Program-made: the position numbers and the translations under genes
Assembly: GCF_036971445.1 (NCBI RefSeq)
Contig: NC_091471.1
Coordinates: 183,582,001-183,646,000 of the forward strand
Origin: Narcine bancroftii
Lineage: Eukaryota
DNA: 64,000 bases
Direction: 5' to 3'
The notes under the pieces: model-generated
The model's input: the letters and a program-made list of their open reading frames with translations, nothing else
Told to the model about the DNA's origin: nothing
Databases searched by the model: none
Shown here: piece after piece, positions 1 to 12,469 of the stretch
Numbering within the stretch: the first letter of the stretch is position 1
Layout: each line of letters opens with the position of its first letter

Positions 1-330
1 AACTTCTGTGCCTATCCTCCTAATCTGTCTAAGTCCTTCTGCAACCACCCTGTTTCCTCAACACCACCTGGTCCTCCACCAACCTTCGTATCATCTTCAA
101 ATTTGGTTACAAAACCATTCATTCCATAATCTAAATCATTAATATGCAACATGAAAAGAAGCGGCCCCAACACTGACCCCTGTGGATCACTACCAGCAAC
201 TGGCAGCCAACTGGAACATGATCCCTGTGTTGTGACTCTCTGCCAATCACCCAAAGCTCTACCCACAGTAGTATGTTGCCTGTTGTACCTTAGGCTCTTA
301 TTTTGCTTAGTAGCTTCATGTGTGGCACCT
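1..330 (-). mobile_element. CR1-type LINE reverse transcriptase fragment (decayed)
   Basis: ORF 12..266 reads PQGSVLGPLLFMLHINDLD...KFEDDTK, a decayed form of the CR1 RT motifs QGSVLGP and FADD. Confidence 0.8.
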
Positions 331-1149
331 TGACAGTATCATAACAGTAGCAGACCCAGGAACTTCTTTGACTTGACCTACTGCTGAAAATTTAGATGGA
401 ACCCAAAGCCCAAGGGCAATGATTTGATTGATTTTGAGAAGTGAAGGAGGGTGGCAATGAGTGGTAGCAAGAAGGAAGTAGGAAAGGGAACGTTGCAATC
501 ATTTAAGTGGGTGAGAGTGACGGTGGAGATTGAATATGTGTGTTGAGTGGGCCAAGGCACTATTGCAAACTATTGCAAACGAATTACAGAAGGTGAAGGG
601 TGTTGATCATATTTTGGGATGGCGCCAAATGCAATTTCCCTTGGAGTTCCAATCTAGTGTTGTATAATGAAGGCCCAGTTTTCCCAGCAGTGCGCTCTGA
701 TAGTTTCTCCTTGGACAATGGTTCAAAAGGAACATTGCATGAGGAATAACTTCATCCCTTGCAAGACTGATATGAAGACCATTTCAGGCACTTGAGGGTG
801 ACTTATGATCAGCTGTGTCCAGACAAATTTCCAGCATGTTGATTTGTCCCAGAAATTTTGGCATAGAGCATTAACAATCAGTATTTTCTGGACCCATCTT
901 TATAAAATCTTTAACTTACTGTAGACTACACAGCACAGAACTAGAAATCTGATCTCCAGTGCAATATTTAAGTGTACTACATGATACAATAATTATAGAA
1001 AAAATTAGCAATGGTACCTCTTGTAATTAACTGTTGTGGAGAAGTACTGCAGGCAGGTAATTTTTAAATAAATGATGAGATGAGAGTTTTTGTTACATAC
1101 ACAAGTACAACCTGAGTCATAACATGGACAAGACACAGGTGATTAATGA

Positions 1150-2470
1150 AGTAAAACACGAAAGTCTGCAGACACTGGGATTGATGTAAAAACACAAAGC
1201 TGGAGAAACTCAGCTGGTCAAACAGTGTCCTTTATATAGCAAAGATAAAGATAGAAAACCAATGTTTCAGGCTTGAGCTCAAGGTATGGAAAAATCTCAG
1301 CAGGTGTCTGAACAAAATGGTAGGGGAGGGGTAGGGGAGGAGCATTATCCCAAAGGCAGAAGATAATAGGTGTGTAAGGGAGGAAAAGCACAACAGCAAA
1401 CAGGGAGGAGAGATGGCTCTGTGATTAGAGAGGGAAGGGGGTGGAGAGCTAAGGGAATGAAAACAAGAAGGAAGGGAAGGAGAATGGAGTGCAGGTTAGC
1501 AGAAACCGGAAAGTCAATGTTAACGTCATTGGTTGGAGATTGGCAGACAGAAAATCAAGTGTTTTCCTCCAATTTACAGGTGGTCTTGGTGGGATAGTAC
1601 ATGAGGCCATGGACAGACATTTGAGTATGAGAGTGGGATGCAAAATTGAATTGGTTGGTCATTGGGAGATCCCTGTCATTGACATGGACTGAGCAAAGGT
1701 GCTTAGCAATCTCCCAGTCTTCACCCAGTCTCTCTGATGTAGAGAAGGTCACAAAGGGAGCATCAGATGCAATATCTCACTCCTGTGGATACACATGAAG
1801 AGTTACTTTACTTGGAAGTCCTGTATGGGACCCTGAATTGTGGTGAGGAAGGTGTGGGCACAAGTGTGGAACTTCCTGTGGCCACAGGGGAAGATGATGA
1901 GGGGGGGGTGGGTGGCAATTGGTGGCAAGGCATAAACATGTGAGGGACTGATGGATGGAGTGATCCCTACAGAAGACAGATAGGGGAGGAGAGGGGAAGA
2001 TGTGTCTAGTGGTGAGATCATGTTGTAGGTGGAGGAAATTGCAGAGGATAATGTGTTGGATGTGGAGCCTGGTGGGGTGGTAGATAAGGACAAAGGGAAT
2101 CCTGTGAATGTTGCCTTATGAGGCTCTATAAGGCAATAGTGACAAGGACACGGAGCAAATGAGCAGAAAATGGTGAAGATGTGGGTGAGGGCAGAGTTAA
2201 TGGTGGTGGAGGGGAATCTACTTTTGTGGAAGAAGGTGGTTATATCAGATGATCTGAAGTGGAAGATCTCATTTTGGGGAGATGATGCAGTGGAGGTGGA
2301 GAAATTGCAAGAAATGAATAGAATCCTTGCAGGGGATTGGGTATGAAGAAGTGGAGTCAAGGTTGTTGTGGGAGTTGTGAATTTGTAAAATATGTCTGTG
2401 GAAAGGTTGACTCCCAAGATGAAGACAGAGAGATCAGAAAGGCAAGAGTGTCGCTGGAATTGGACCAAGT
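1150..2470 (-). mobile_element. Penelope-like retroelement (3' RT, GIY-YIG region and pLTR), decayed
   Basis: Minus-strand peptides KHLCSVHVNDRDLPMTNQFNFASHSH and FFHKSRFPSTTINSAL. The pLTR tail (gctggagaaactcagc...aaccaatgtttcagg) is shared with many copies in the window. Confidence 0.75.
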
Positions 2471-2479
2471 GAATTAGAG

Positions 2480-3240
2480 CTTGGCAATTAATGGTGAATG
2501 GAGTGCCAGAGATATCAGTACTGGGCCCACAACTGTTCATAATGTACGTAAATGATTTGAAGGAGGAGAAGTGTATAGTTTCCAAGTTTTCTAATGATAC
2601 AAAATTGAGTGGAAAGGCAAATTGTGTAGAGGACGCAGAGAGTTTGCAGAGAGATGTAGTCAGATAGGCTACGTGAGTGGGCAAGGGTCTGCAAGAAAGA
2701 AATAGTAAATCATATAATTAAATTGGTGAAATATTCCAGCTTGCTGTCATGCAGAAAGCCTTGGGAGTGCTTGAGTCACAAAAGGTCAGCTGATAGCTAC
2801 AGCGGAACATGAAGAAGGCAAATGGAATGTAAATTTGAAGTTTGGTGCACAATTCTGGTCTCCTTACTTTAGAAAGAATGTACGAGCTTTAGAGGCTGTG
2901 CAGAGGATTGATTCTGGAGATGAAGAGGTCAGCTTATGAGGAAAGATTAAATCTCCTGGGTCTATACTCGCTGGAGTTTAGAGGATTGAGATGGGCTCTT
3001 ATAGAAACATATAAAATTATGAAAGCAATTATTAAGATAGAAGCAGGAAAGTTGTTTCCACTGGTTGGTGACACCAGAACCAGGGGACATAGCCTCAAGA
3101 TTCAAGGAAGTGCTTCTACCAGAAAGTAGTGAATCTTTGGAAATCTCTGCTCTAAGAAATTGTAGATATTACTTCATTAGATATATTTAAGACACCAATA
3201 GATTGACATACTAGGGGAATTATGAGTTCTGTGGGAAAGG
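2480..3240 (+). mobile_element. CR1 LINE 3' fragment
   Basis: Decayed RT (tccaagttttctaatgatacaaaa). ORF 2908..3129 YEERLNLLGLYSLEFRGLRWALIETYKIM is a typical CR1 C-terminus. Confidence 0.8.
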
Positions 3241-3350
3241 CAGGTTAGCGTGATGCTATTACAGCACCAGAAACCCAGGTTTGAATCCAGTGCTGTCTGT
3301 AAAAGAGTTTGTAGAAGCTTGAGTAAGCTATGCTAAGCAACTAGCACAGC

Positions 3351-3560
3351 ACGGATATACCGCGCTTTACGAAACTAGAGTATTCCTATGAAACCTCTCG
3401 TAAGCCAAAATGGTGTAAAGCGAAGACCCATTCACTACTATTGGAGACTATTTTCGTCAAAGCGAAAACCCAATCAAATCCTTTCGTAAAAGTGAGTACG
3501 GTTTTCTTCATAAAAATGAATTCCTGTAATTTGAGTATTCGTAAAGTGGGGTATGCTTGT
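3351..3560. mobile_element. Tigger/pogo-type MITE
   Basis: About 23-bp imperfect TIRs, acggatataccgcgctttacgaa (3351) and ttcgtaaagtggggtatgcttgt (3538-3560), with internal tcgtaa repeats. Confidence 0.65.
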
Positions 3561-3564
3561 CATT

Positions 3565-3795
3565 AGTTTAGTGGCTAGTGCGACGCTTTTGGAGTGACAG
3601 CAACCCAGATTCGAATCTGGCATTATGTGTAAGGAGTTTGCTTGCTCTCTCCGTGTCTGCGTGGGTTTCTTCTGAATGCTACGGCTTCCTCCCACCCTTC
3701 AAGACATACAGAGTTGTAGGTTCATTTGAGTGTAATTGGGCGGCATGAGTATAAATGCCTGAATCAGCTTCTGTCATGCTGTAAATAAAAAAAAT
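3565..3795 (+). mobile_element. tRNA-derived V-SINE
   Basis: B-box-like gattcgaatc, V-domain core (aaggagtttg...ccgtgtctgcgtgggtttc...ggcttcctcccac) and an A-rich tail. Confidence 0.8.
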
Positions 3796-4074
3796 TAATG
3801 CAGAAGACAAAGTCCAATTGAATGGCGCTCATTTTGAGAGTTGTAGATACATTTACAGCACTGGCACATTTCCTCCCACATAATTAATTAATATTACCGG
3901 CACCAGTGAAATCGAAATTCCAAACTTATTGATTTGGTGCCACACACAGTATTTCTCTGCCTGTTCTCATTGTTCATTTATGAATCAGAATATCAATAAG
4001 ATGTATGATGCATGAAATATGAAACATTAGTAAATGTAATCTCAAAAATCAAGTTTAAGAAACTACTCAAAATA

Positions 4075-4665
4075 GAGATTATTGTGGCCTTCTCTACATT
4101 GGAGAGACTGGACGCAGATTGGGAGAACATTTCGTTGAGCATTTTCACTCTGTACACAGCAATAGTGGGGAATCTCCCAGTGGCCAACTATTTCAATACC
4201 CCACCCTACTCCCATGCCGGCATGTCAGTCCATACCCTTAGCAATGCCACATTGAGGCCACCCACAAATTGCAGGTGCAACACCTAATACTGAATCTGGG
4301 CACTCTCCAACCTGATGGCTTTAACATTAACTTCTCCAGTTTCAGATAGGCCACTCCTCTGTCTCCCTCTCTTCCCCATTCCTCTGTCTCCTTCTCTCTA
4401 GCTTTCTACTCCCTTCCCTTTCTATTCAGTGAGCTATACTCTCCTCCTATCACTTCTTGCCCTTTTTTTCTCTTGTGCTCTCCCTCTGACCTATTGCCTG
4501 TGGCCCTATGCTCCTCCACTTGCTCTTACCCCCACCATTTAACTCAACACTTGCCTGCTTTTTGCTTATACCTTGATGAAGGACTCAGGCCCGAAACGTT
4601 GGTTATATACATGTATGTTTCTTTATCTTGGGTACAGAAAAATGCTGCATTTTCTGTGTATACGC
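4075..4665 (+). mobile_element. Penelope-like element 3' fragment with pLTR
   Basis: GIY-YIG-region sequence (tacattggagagactggacgcagattgggag; NLPVANYFN) followed by a pyrimidine-rich UTR and a hammerhead motif. Confidence 0.75.
4567..4607 (+). ncRNA. Minimal type I hammerhead ribozyme motif in Penelope pLTR (U3 variant)
   Basis: TATACC-TTGATGA-A-GGACTCAGGCCC-GAAA-CGTT-GGTTATA: core boxes, stem II, palindromic AACGTT at stem III, and stem I pairing TATACC with GGT(T)ATA. Confidence 0.6.
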
Positions 4666-6164
4666 AGAGATTTAGAATTATTGTTTGGTGTCAAACCTCA
4701 GCAACACGTCATATATAATTGTGAACGTAGAATTTAAAATATTTCTTATTTATACAGGACTTGTATTGCATACATTTCATTTGGGGTTGTTCTACTTTTT
4801 CTCGTACAGATATTCTAATTGCGAAATATTGGAAAGAGGCAGAACTGCATAACAAGCGATGAAAGATTCTTAATTATCAATTGTTAACTGATTTAATGTC
4901 ACCTCTTTTGAATTACACATTGACAAAATGTTTATTTAACTGTGATAAAAATATGTAAAATTTGATTGAAATTTCCTGGGCTTTGTTGGCACCGTTATTG
5001 AGGGAAGGGCAGGATCTGATCAAAAAAGAACACAATTCCTTATAGGTCTCAACTGGAAATGGATGGGAAGAAATTCAGTGTTTCCAGAGCTGATGTAACT
5101 GCAGCTCTGCTGCCGATATGGGCCCTCGGAGAGCAAAAAGTGAAGTCTCAGCGCAGAGTCCAACTGCCCAGTCCAACTGCCTTCAGCTCTTTACAGGCTT
5201 CATATTGCCCAATAAAGGAGAAAACAGTATTTTGTTTTAAAATCCCATGGCCACCATTTCTGGGGACAAGATTACGGTGGCTATGATTGGGAGTGGCCAC
5301 GAGAAGTTACAGACTGTAGGCCTTCTGCCGAGGGAAGGATTCGGGTGTTGGCGTCAGAATCTCAGTTGTGTGCCTGTTGCCCGACTGCCAAGGATAGGGT
5401 TCGGAGTCAGGCATTGGGAGCTTCAGTCACTGGAGCTCCCGACGCCCGACTCCGAACTCAACCCTGCTTAGAGACAGGGCTGAGGAAATTGTGCGCTGAA
5501 GGATGAGTTTGAGCATGGGGTTCAGCATCTTCCTGCTTCTCTCCCGTTGGGTGCTCAGCGCTGTCACCTTTCCACCGAAGGTAAGAGAGGGCACCCATGG
5601 GGATGGTGACTGCCACTCAACACTGTTAACTTTGGCTGGTTTGTTCCGGCCCAGGAAACGCTGTTCCCTGCTTTCATTCAGCGAATGCTAGCCTTTGAAG
5701 TAGACAGAGGGTTTTTTTTTAATTGAAATGACTGTCATGCTTTTAAGGAATAGATTATTTTCCAATATCTCAATATATCCAACACAGCATTGAATATGAC
5801 TATTTTAGGGTGCTACAGTGGCGAGGACAGGTAGGGAAGGTGAAGTGGGTGGCATGGTGGCGGTGAGGCAAGGTTATGAAGAGAAGGGTTGAAATAAGTT
5901 TTAAAGGGGGGTGCAATTTCAATGCTTGCCATAGACACTATTTTCTCTAGTTAAGCCACTGCCTGCTTTTCATTAATAGAATATAGCTGGCTGGCAATTA
6001 TCCACATTGTATGGTAGCTGTTAGTGTTGCAATGGTTTTGAAACAGATTGTCTAGAAGCATAGCTAGTTTTGGAAGTCAGGACTTCAGTACCTTGGCTGG
6101 GATAATTTTGTCATGTCCATGCTCCCAGTGTTTCTTAATATCAAATAGATATCAGGGGCTCAGC

Positions 6165-6520
6165 GGATGAAGAACTCACACAGGCTGTGGGCTACGTGGC
6201 AGGGAACCCATATGGGCCAGAGGGTGCTGAGGGCAAGAAGGGCTCTGGAAGGGCCTCAGGAGCTGAAGGCTTCCTGATTGTTTCGATCTGGAGCTCGAAT
6301 TGCTGATTGGTGGAACAGGAGTCTGTGCGGCTACAGAGACTGAAGGAGCAAAGCAGGCAAATCCTTGGACACAGTGACTCTGAAGAGATTCTCTTTTGGT
6401 TCTCTTTCTCTCTTACAGTAAGGGGCACCCTTTTGTGATACTAATGGTGACTCTTTGTCTGCCTTAGGGCAGGCAGTATGCAATTCGATGTAATATTATG
6501 TTCTGCACTATTACATGAAT
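6165..6520 (+). mobile_element. Unclassified non-autonomous retroposon, copy 1 of 3
   Basis: Homologous to 44400-44995 and 55030-55330 (gggcaagaagggctc...tgaaggcttc...ctctttctct...taaggggcacc). Confidence 0.6.
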
Positions 6521-6619
6521 TGAGTGAATTGTATTGCCTTCTGTGATGGTGGGGATCTCAGGAGAAAGCCGATTTGAACATTACACATCAGGTCCCACAA
6601 TCAAAGTAGATACAAAAAT

Positions 6620-6850
6620 TTATTTTAGAGATAGGGTACAATAACAGGCCCTTCTGCCCACGGGCCTGAGCTGCCCATGTGACCAATTAACCAAATAACC
6701 TGGTAAATATTTGAAATATGGGAGTAAACGGAGCACCCAGCGGAAACCAAATGTACATAGGGAAAAATGCACAAACCCCTTCCAGACAGTGATGAATTTG
6801 AACCTGGGTTCCTGGCATATTATAAGCAGTGTGCTAACCGCTACGCTAAC
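6620..6850 (-). mobile_element. V-SINE
   Basis: Reverse complement of the V-domain core (gggagtaaacggagcacccagcggaaacc...acaaacccctt) and B box (aatttgaacc). Confidence 0.7.
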
Positions 6851-7109
6851 TGTGTCTCCTTCTTCCTTGGACCCTTCATCGAACATGGAAATGCAAGAAT
6901 ATGGATATGTTTAAGGTTGTAATGAATGAAATTTGGGAAGAGCACAGAGAGATGGGCTGCAAAGAATGTGACTCACACCTGTTATTTAACAAAAACAGCA
7001 GGTAGAACAAATTAAAATGAGGTCAACCTGAAACATAACAAAGTTGAAACAATGTACAGCCACATTTGTGAAAAAAAAGTGTATTTAACTGAAATTGCTA
7101 AACTCAGTA

Positions 7110-7590
7110 TTAAGTCCTGATATGGGGACACTAACATCTCTGGGCAGAAAGCCCTGCAAAAGGTAGTGGATACAGCCCAGTACACCACAATCAAAACTCT
7201 CCCCACCATCAAGAAAATCAAAGGGAACACTGCCATCAGAAAGCACCAGCAATCATCAGGGATCCACACCACCCAGGGCATGCTCTTTTCTCTCTGCCAT
7301 CAGGAAAGTGGTATAGGTGCCACAAGACTCATAGCACCTGGTTCAGGAACAGTTGCTACACCTCCACCATCAGACTCCTCAATGACAAACTCCATCAGAG
7401 ACTCATTTAAGGACTCTTACTTTTCACATTATTTGTTATTGAATATTTATTTTCTGTATAGCACAGGTCACGCTTCTCTTTTGTTCACATTTCTCTCTTC
7501 TGTATCCACATTTTTGCCCTGGAGTAAATTTGGCCTGGCCTGTGGGAAAAGAATCTCAGGGTTGTATGTGATGTTATGGATGCACTCTAA
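7110..7590 (+). mobile_element. Rex1/Babar-type LINE 3' fragment
   Basis: Decayed C-terminus (gccctgcaaaaggtagtggatacagcccag; ggttcaggaacagttgcta) and 3' UTR. Confidence 0.6.
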
Positions 7591-10500
7591 CTTTTCTTGA
7601 CTCCACCCCACTTCCTGGTGGCCTTTCCCTTTATCTGTCTCTCCACTTTTTACACCTTCTCTCCTAAACCTATCACCTCTTGGCCCCTCCCCAGGTTCTT
7701 TCCGACTTTATATACACAACAACCCCTTCACTCTTTTGTCTTGTTAAAGGCAATACATTTTTCATCTTTCTTTTCTGAGCATTTTATTCTGGATGCCCAT
7801 GATTGCTTGTAACTTCACCTATCCTGACCAACCTTGGGAAGTCACTGAAGGATTCAGACAGTGTGGGCATACAAAGAATGTTGCTTCTGCCACCGCTTTA
7901 CATGCTGTGTGCACTTCCCTGCTTTGTGAGTTTTACTGCCTCTGTCTCTCTTTGGCCCTATCTCCCTGTCTACGGAACCCTTTTCAGAAGTTTCTGAAAA
8001 GCAGCATCTTTCCTCTCCACTAATCCTTTTGCCATTTCAGAATTCTAATCCCTTCCCTTTACAGTAATAATTTCCAATCTTAGCCCTTTTAAGCACAGCT
8101 GTGAAACTTAACCACTTTCTTTTCGGGTGACGAGAAGTCAGGTCTGCAGGAAAATGATTAAAAGCCCCTCAGATATGTCAAATCAGGACTCTACAGGAAA
8201 TCACCCACTGGTACCATATTGCTGAGTATATGTATTGCCATCTTTCTGGTGGCTGGAAAGAATTTTAATGTGTTATTTAGTATGGCTTATCCCAATTAGA
8301 CATTCAAATGTCAACGCATTTCATAACATGAGCTCAGCAATTTCAGTCTCCTTCTTCCACCAAAACATACTGGAACCATAGCCAGTAGATCAATGTCTGC
8401 AGATAGAACAAGTAAATGACCATTTTCACTCCATTCTCTTCTCTCCAGCTGAGAAGGAAAGGCCAGAGGAGCTCATTGTTATGATCAGTTAGAGTAGAGG
8501 AGGAATGAAATGAAAAGAAAGGCAGGCAAACATACAAAATACGATGGCATGGTTAACATAGCAACTAGTGCAGCACTATTACAGTGCCGGCCTTCACAAC
8601 GGCCTGCGGCAACAAATTCCACAGATTCACCACCCTTTGGCTGAAGAAATTCCTCCTTATCTCTATTCTAAGCGTTTAGCCACTATGTATATTTACAAAT
8701 CATTATAAATTCGATATACTGCACCAAACTTCATCACATAAATTGTCTAGCTTATCATACTTCCTTTTTCACTTGACGTTGCCATTTTTAAAGTTGTTTC
8801 TTTTGATCATGATTGACCTGCATTAACCTGCATTATTCTCACTGTGGTCTCTTTCTGAGGCTGTTGGTATCTGAGCTAGATCTGGTGGAATCCTACACAT
8901 GGAAATAAAAGGACACCTGACAAATATATGCTTTGTTTTACCAAATCCTGGGGCACAGTTGAGAGGCCAGCGACAACCGATCATCTCTGTTTATTCAATG
9001 CATCATTTCCAAGTTGTGGTCAAGGGCTTTCCTGGCCGAGAACTCCCTTCCACAATAACCTTCTATGGTGTAGGACCTCCATTAAACACAACACCCCATC
9101 TCCTCCAGGAATTGGTGGGAAATGTGGGATTCATTAACAGAAACTTACACTCCTCTGTGACTTGTTGGAAAGGCCTCTAACTTCCAGGCTCATACACATA
9201 AAATAGCTTATGCATTTTGCTCCACAAAGGCTGTTTAGGAAAAGGCATGGTGGAGTGAAGGAATTCTTTTAAATGCTAAATCATCTACGCATCTTGTCAC
9301 CAGAACCACTGAGGTGCGGAGTTCTGCGTTTGCCAGGGAGAGCATAATTAGAACAGAGCAAGGGACTTACCCACTGGCTTCCTGCCTCGACCTGACCATA
9401 TTTTAAATTACAGGCAGCCAGGACCACCTTCCCAGTGCTGGCGGGATCCTCCTTAAGATAATGCAGTCGAGCTCCGATGATGTCACTGGGTTCTGACCAC
9501 AATCTTTCAAATATCTGTGGGTGCGGAAGTGGTCCCAGAAGACTTGAGGGTTGCCTCTGTGACACCTCTGTTCGAAAAAGGGAGAAAAGGGTTCGTCAGG
9601 TAATATAGTCCAGCCAGTGTAACCTTGGTAGTGAGTACGTTGTTACCCACTGTGATATGAGATAGTAATATAAACCTAGAATATAACCATATAACCATTT
9701 ACGGAGTATGCATGAGTTAATTCAATACGGCCAGAACAGAAACAGCAGGTTGTTTTGTTAAACTAAATAAAGTTCACTCAAGAAGTAATAGGGTGGTTTA
9801 ATATATGAAATGCAGCTAATATTAATGTGAATTTTCCTAAGATACATAGGAGATATACTGGTGAAATTAAGGCTGTCAACATTATAGCAGATGATGGTTA
9901 AATGACTACACAGGAATGGTTATTGAAGATTTTGAAAACAGAGGGTTTCAAACATTAATGGACAACAGAAAGATTTGATTGGAGTTGTAAATTTTATTAG
10001 CTCATCAATAATATGATCAAATTCTGGAGGAGATATGAAAATGCTTTGTATGAAATAAACATGTTTTAAATGTGGAAAATAATTATTCCCAGTATAAAAC
10101 AAGATAATTGCCTCAGACTATGGTTCAATAAGATTTCTATATTTCCCTGCTTAATTACTGTCGTAAAGACACCAGAGCAAGTGTAATTTCAATACTGTGG
10201 TAATTTAAAAAGTGCACTATAATATTTTTAATTGAAGCAGCTGAATTTAATGTTCCTTCTCTCTAATTCACAGGTAGCTTCTCATCAATGAATTAGTAAA
10301 CTCAGCTAAAACAACAACAAAAAATGCCTCAAACATCTTCTTTATGTACTTGTGTTACAATAAGCAAAAATTGCAGCTAGAATTAAATTTTGGGGAAAAA
10401 AATAATACAAATATGTTTATTGCTTTTCAATGAACCACATTATAAATCAGCAAAAGAATAAATAAATGAAATCCTAATCCTTTTGCTGCCTCAATATGGG

Positions 10501-10861
10501 AATGTAACAGGTTTCACACAATCTTGCATAAATGTTCAAGTACTTCCTTTTATAATTAACATTGTGATTTTGTCAATATTTCACACACTAACCATTAGGG
10601 GCTGCAGCTGCCTCTATTTTTATTGGTCATTTGAGGTCTATTATGAAAGAAAACTTTGAGCATGACATCTTAGAGATAGATTTGTTCAATGGTTTTAAAT
10701 TGTCAATTACTTTATAAGAGAATATTTTTCTACATTCCAACAGGATAATACCATGAAGAAGTTGGTGTTATTATTTAAGATTAGTTTGCTAATTGTAATG
10801 GTACTGGCTGTATGAATTTTGAATCTCAGCAATGCAGTTGTACTTAATTCCTTCTTTGTGA

Positions 10862-11038
<177 letters not shown>

Positions 11039-12124
11039 TGAGTACAGAGTTTCAACCTTCTATGTCAAGTTAAGAAATGCAAAACATGAAGAGCAAAGAG
11101 AAATCTCATTGACTAAAATTATTTCTGCGCTGACTGGAGGTCAGGGCTATAAGAGGCGAATATTTAGCTACAGGCCTGGATACTTTTTGGGCCCTGTCTG
11201 TGCTCCCAGCAACTTTTTGGTCAAATCTGCCTGATGATATCCTCTTCCTTCCTCACCCCAAACGACAGAAGACCGTCAAGGAATAAAATTGATCATATTC
11301 AGCTTTCAACTTGAAAGAATTTTTCATTAAATCAACTGCATGGTCACCAGGATTCATAAAATTAATGGAAAGCTGAATTGTTCAGTGTAGTTCATGTGGC
11401 TGATAAAAGCATTTGTTCATTGTTTATTGGTTAAATTTATTCCTTATGCATTAGAGAAAATAAGGCAGTTGTGACAATAACTTATGGGGTATCATCTCCC
11501 TTTCAAAGGTGGCTAAGTCAGATCAAAAAGTGGTGTGAACAAGACCCCTTCAACATGCTGGATGAATTTTAAAGGTCCTGAAACGCTATTCAATAAAAAC
11601 CAGGGAGTTTCCCACTGGCAATCTGGTCATTATTTTTATCTTTCAACTAATATCAACAAAAGTGGCAAATTGACCTGCTATTTATCTCATGGGTATCTTT
11701 TTTTGCTGAAGTCTGCTGAAACAAGACAATGCATAAGATTTCCATTACCTTCTAGCAAAATTCCTACAGTATATGGAAATTAAGTGCTGATGGACTGCAA
11801 AACCTTTGAACTAATCAGCAGCCAGGGAAAGCAAGTTATGAAATGAGGAAAAGAGGAATTGCCTTCTTGGAATTATTCTTTCAATGATCCCCGGGTCTGT
11901 GTAGGATTCTCTATTCATTTTTAATTCTACCTCACTTTATGATATAACTTATCACAGACTTAATTCAACCTTTCCTAAGCTTCTGCAGTTTGAAACATCC
12001 TTCCAAATTTTAAAAACTCATCTCAGAATCCAGTTTCCTATTTTATACTTTTAGCTATCTCACTGAGTGCTTCACTGCTCAATCTCTCTGTCTCCAACAG
12101 AAACCACCTCTAGATCTTAAATTT

Positions 12125-12261
12125 NNNNNNNNNNNNNNNNNNNNNNNNNNNNNNNNNNNNNNNNNNNNNNNNNNNNNNNNNNNNNNNNNNNNNNNNNNNN
12201 NNNNNNNNNNNNNNNNNNNNNNNNNNNNNNNNNNNNNNNNNNNNNNNNNNNNNNNNNNNNN
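12125..12261. other. Assembly gap (137 N)
   Basis: Run of N characters. Confidence 1.
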
Positions 12262-12469
12262 GGCATTGCACAGGTTAGTGAGTGGTAGAACCAGGAACCA
12301 TCGAATATTTGATGCACCTGGCAGTCGGGACTAAGGATCAAAGCTGAGTGTGGTTCTATTTCTGGCTTCAACCACTTCAGTAAGATTGCATGGTTTACAT
12401 CAGAGGATGCTAGTTTTACTTATCACATTCTTCCTCAATCTGAAGCCTCTTGAATCCATGGAGAAAAAA

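Noticed and set aside
1803-2684. 293-aa ORF
   Set aside because: Chance read-through across antisense CR1 and frameshifted Penelope sequence.
5816-5961. Possible hAT MITE (cagtggc...gccactg)
   Set aside because: Only a 7-bp terminal match and no recognisable TSD.
10250-10300. Strong pyrimidine tract plus cacag as a possible extra mapk10 exon acceptor
   Set aside because: No JNK3-like coding sequence or clear matching donor follows. It cannot be supported without RNA data.
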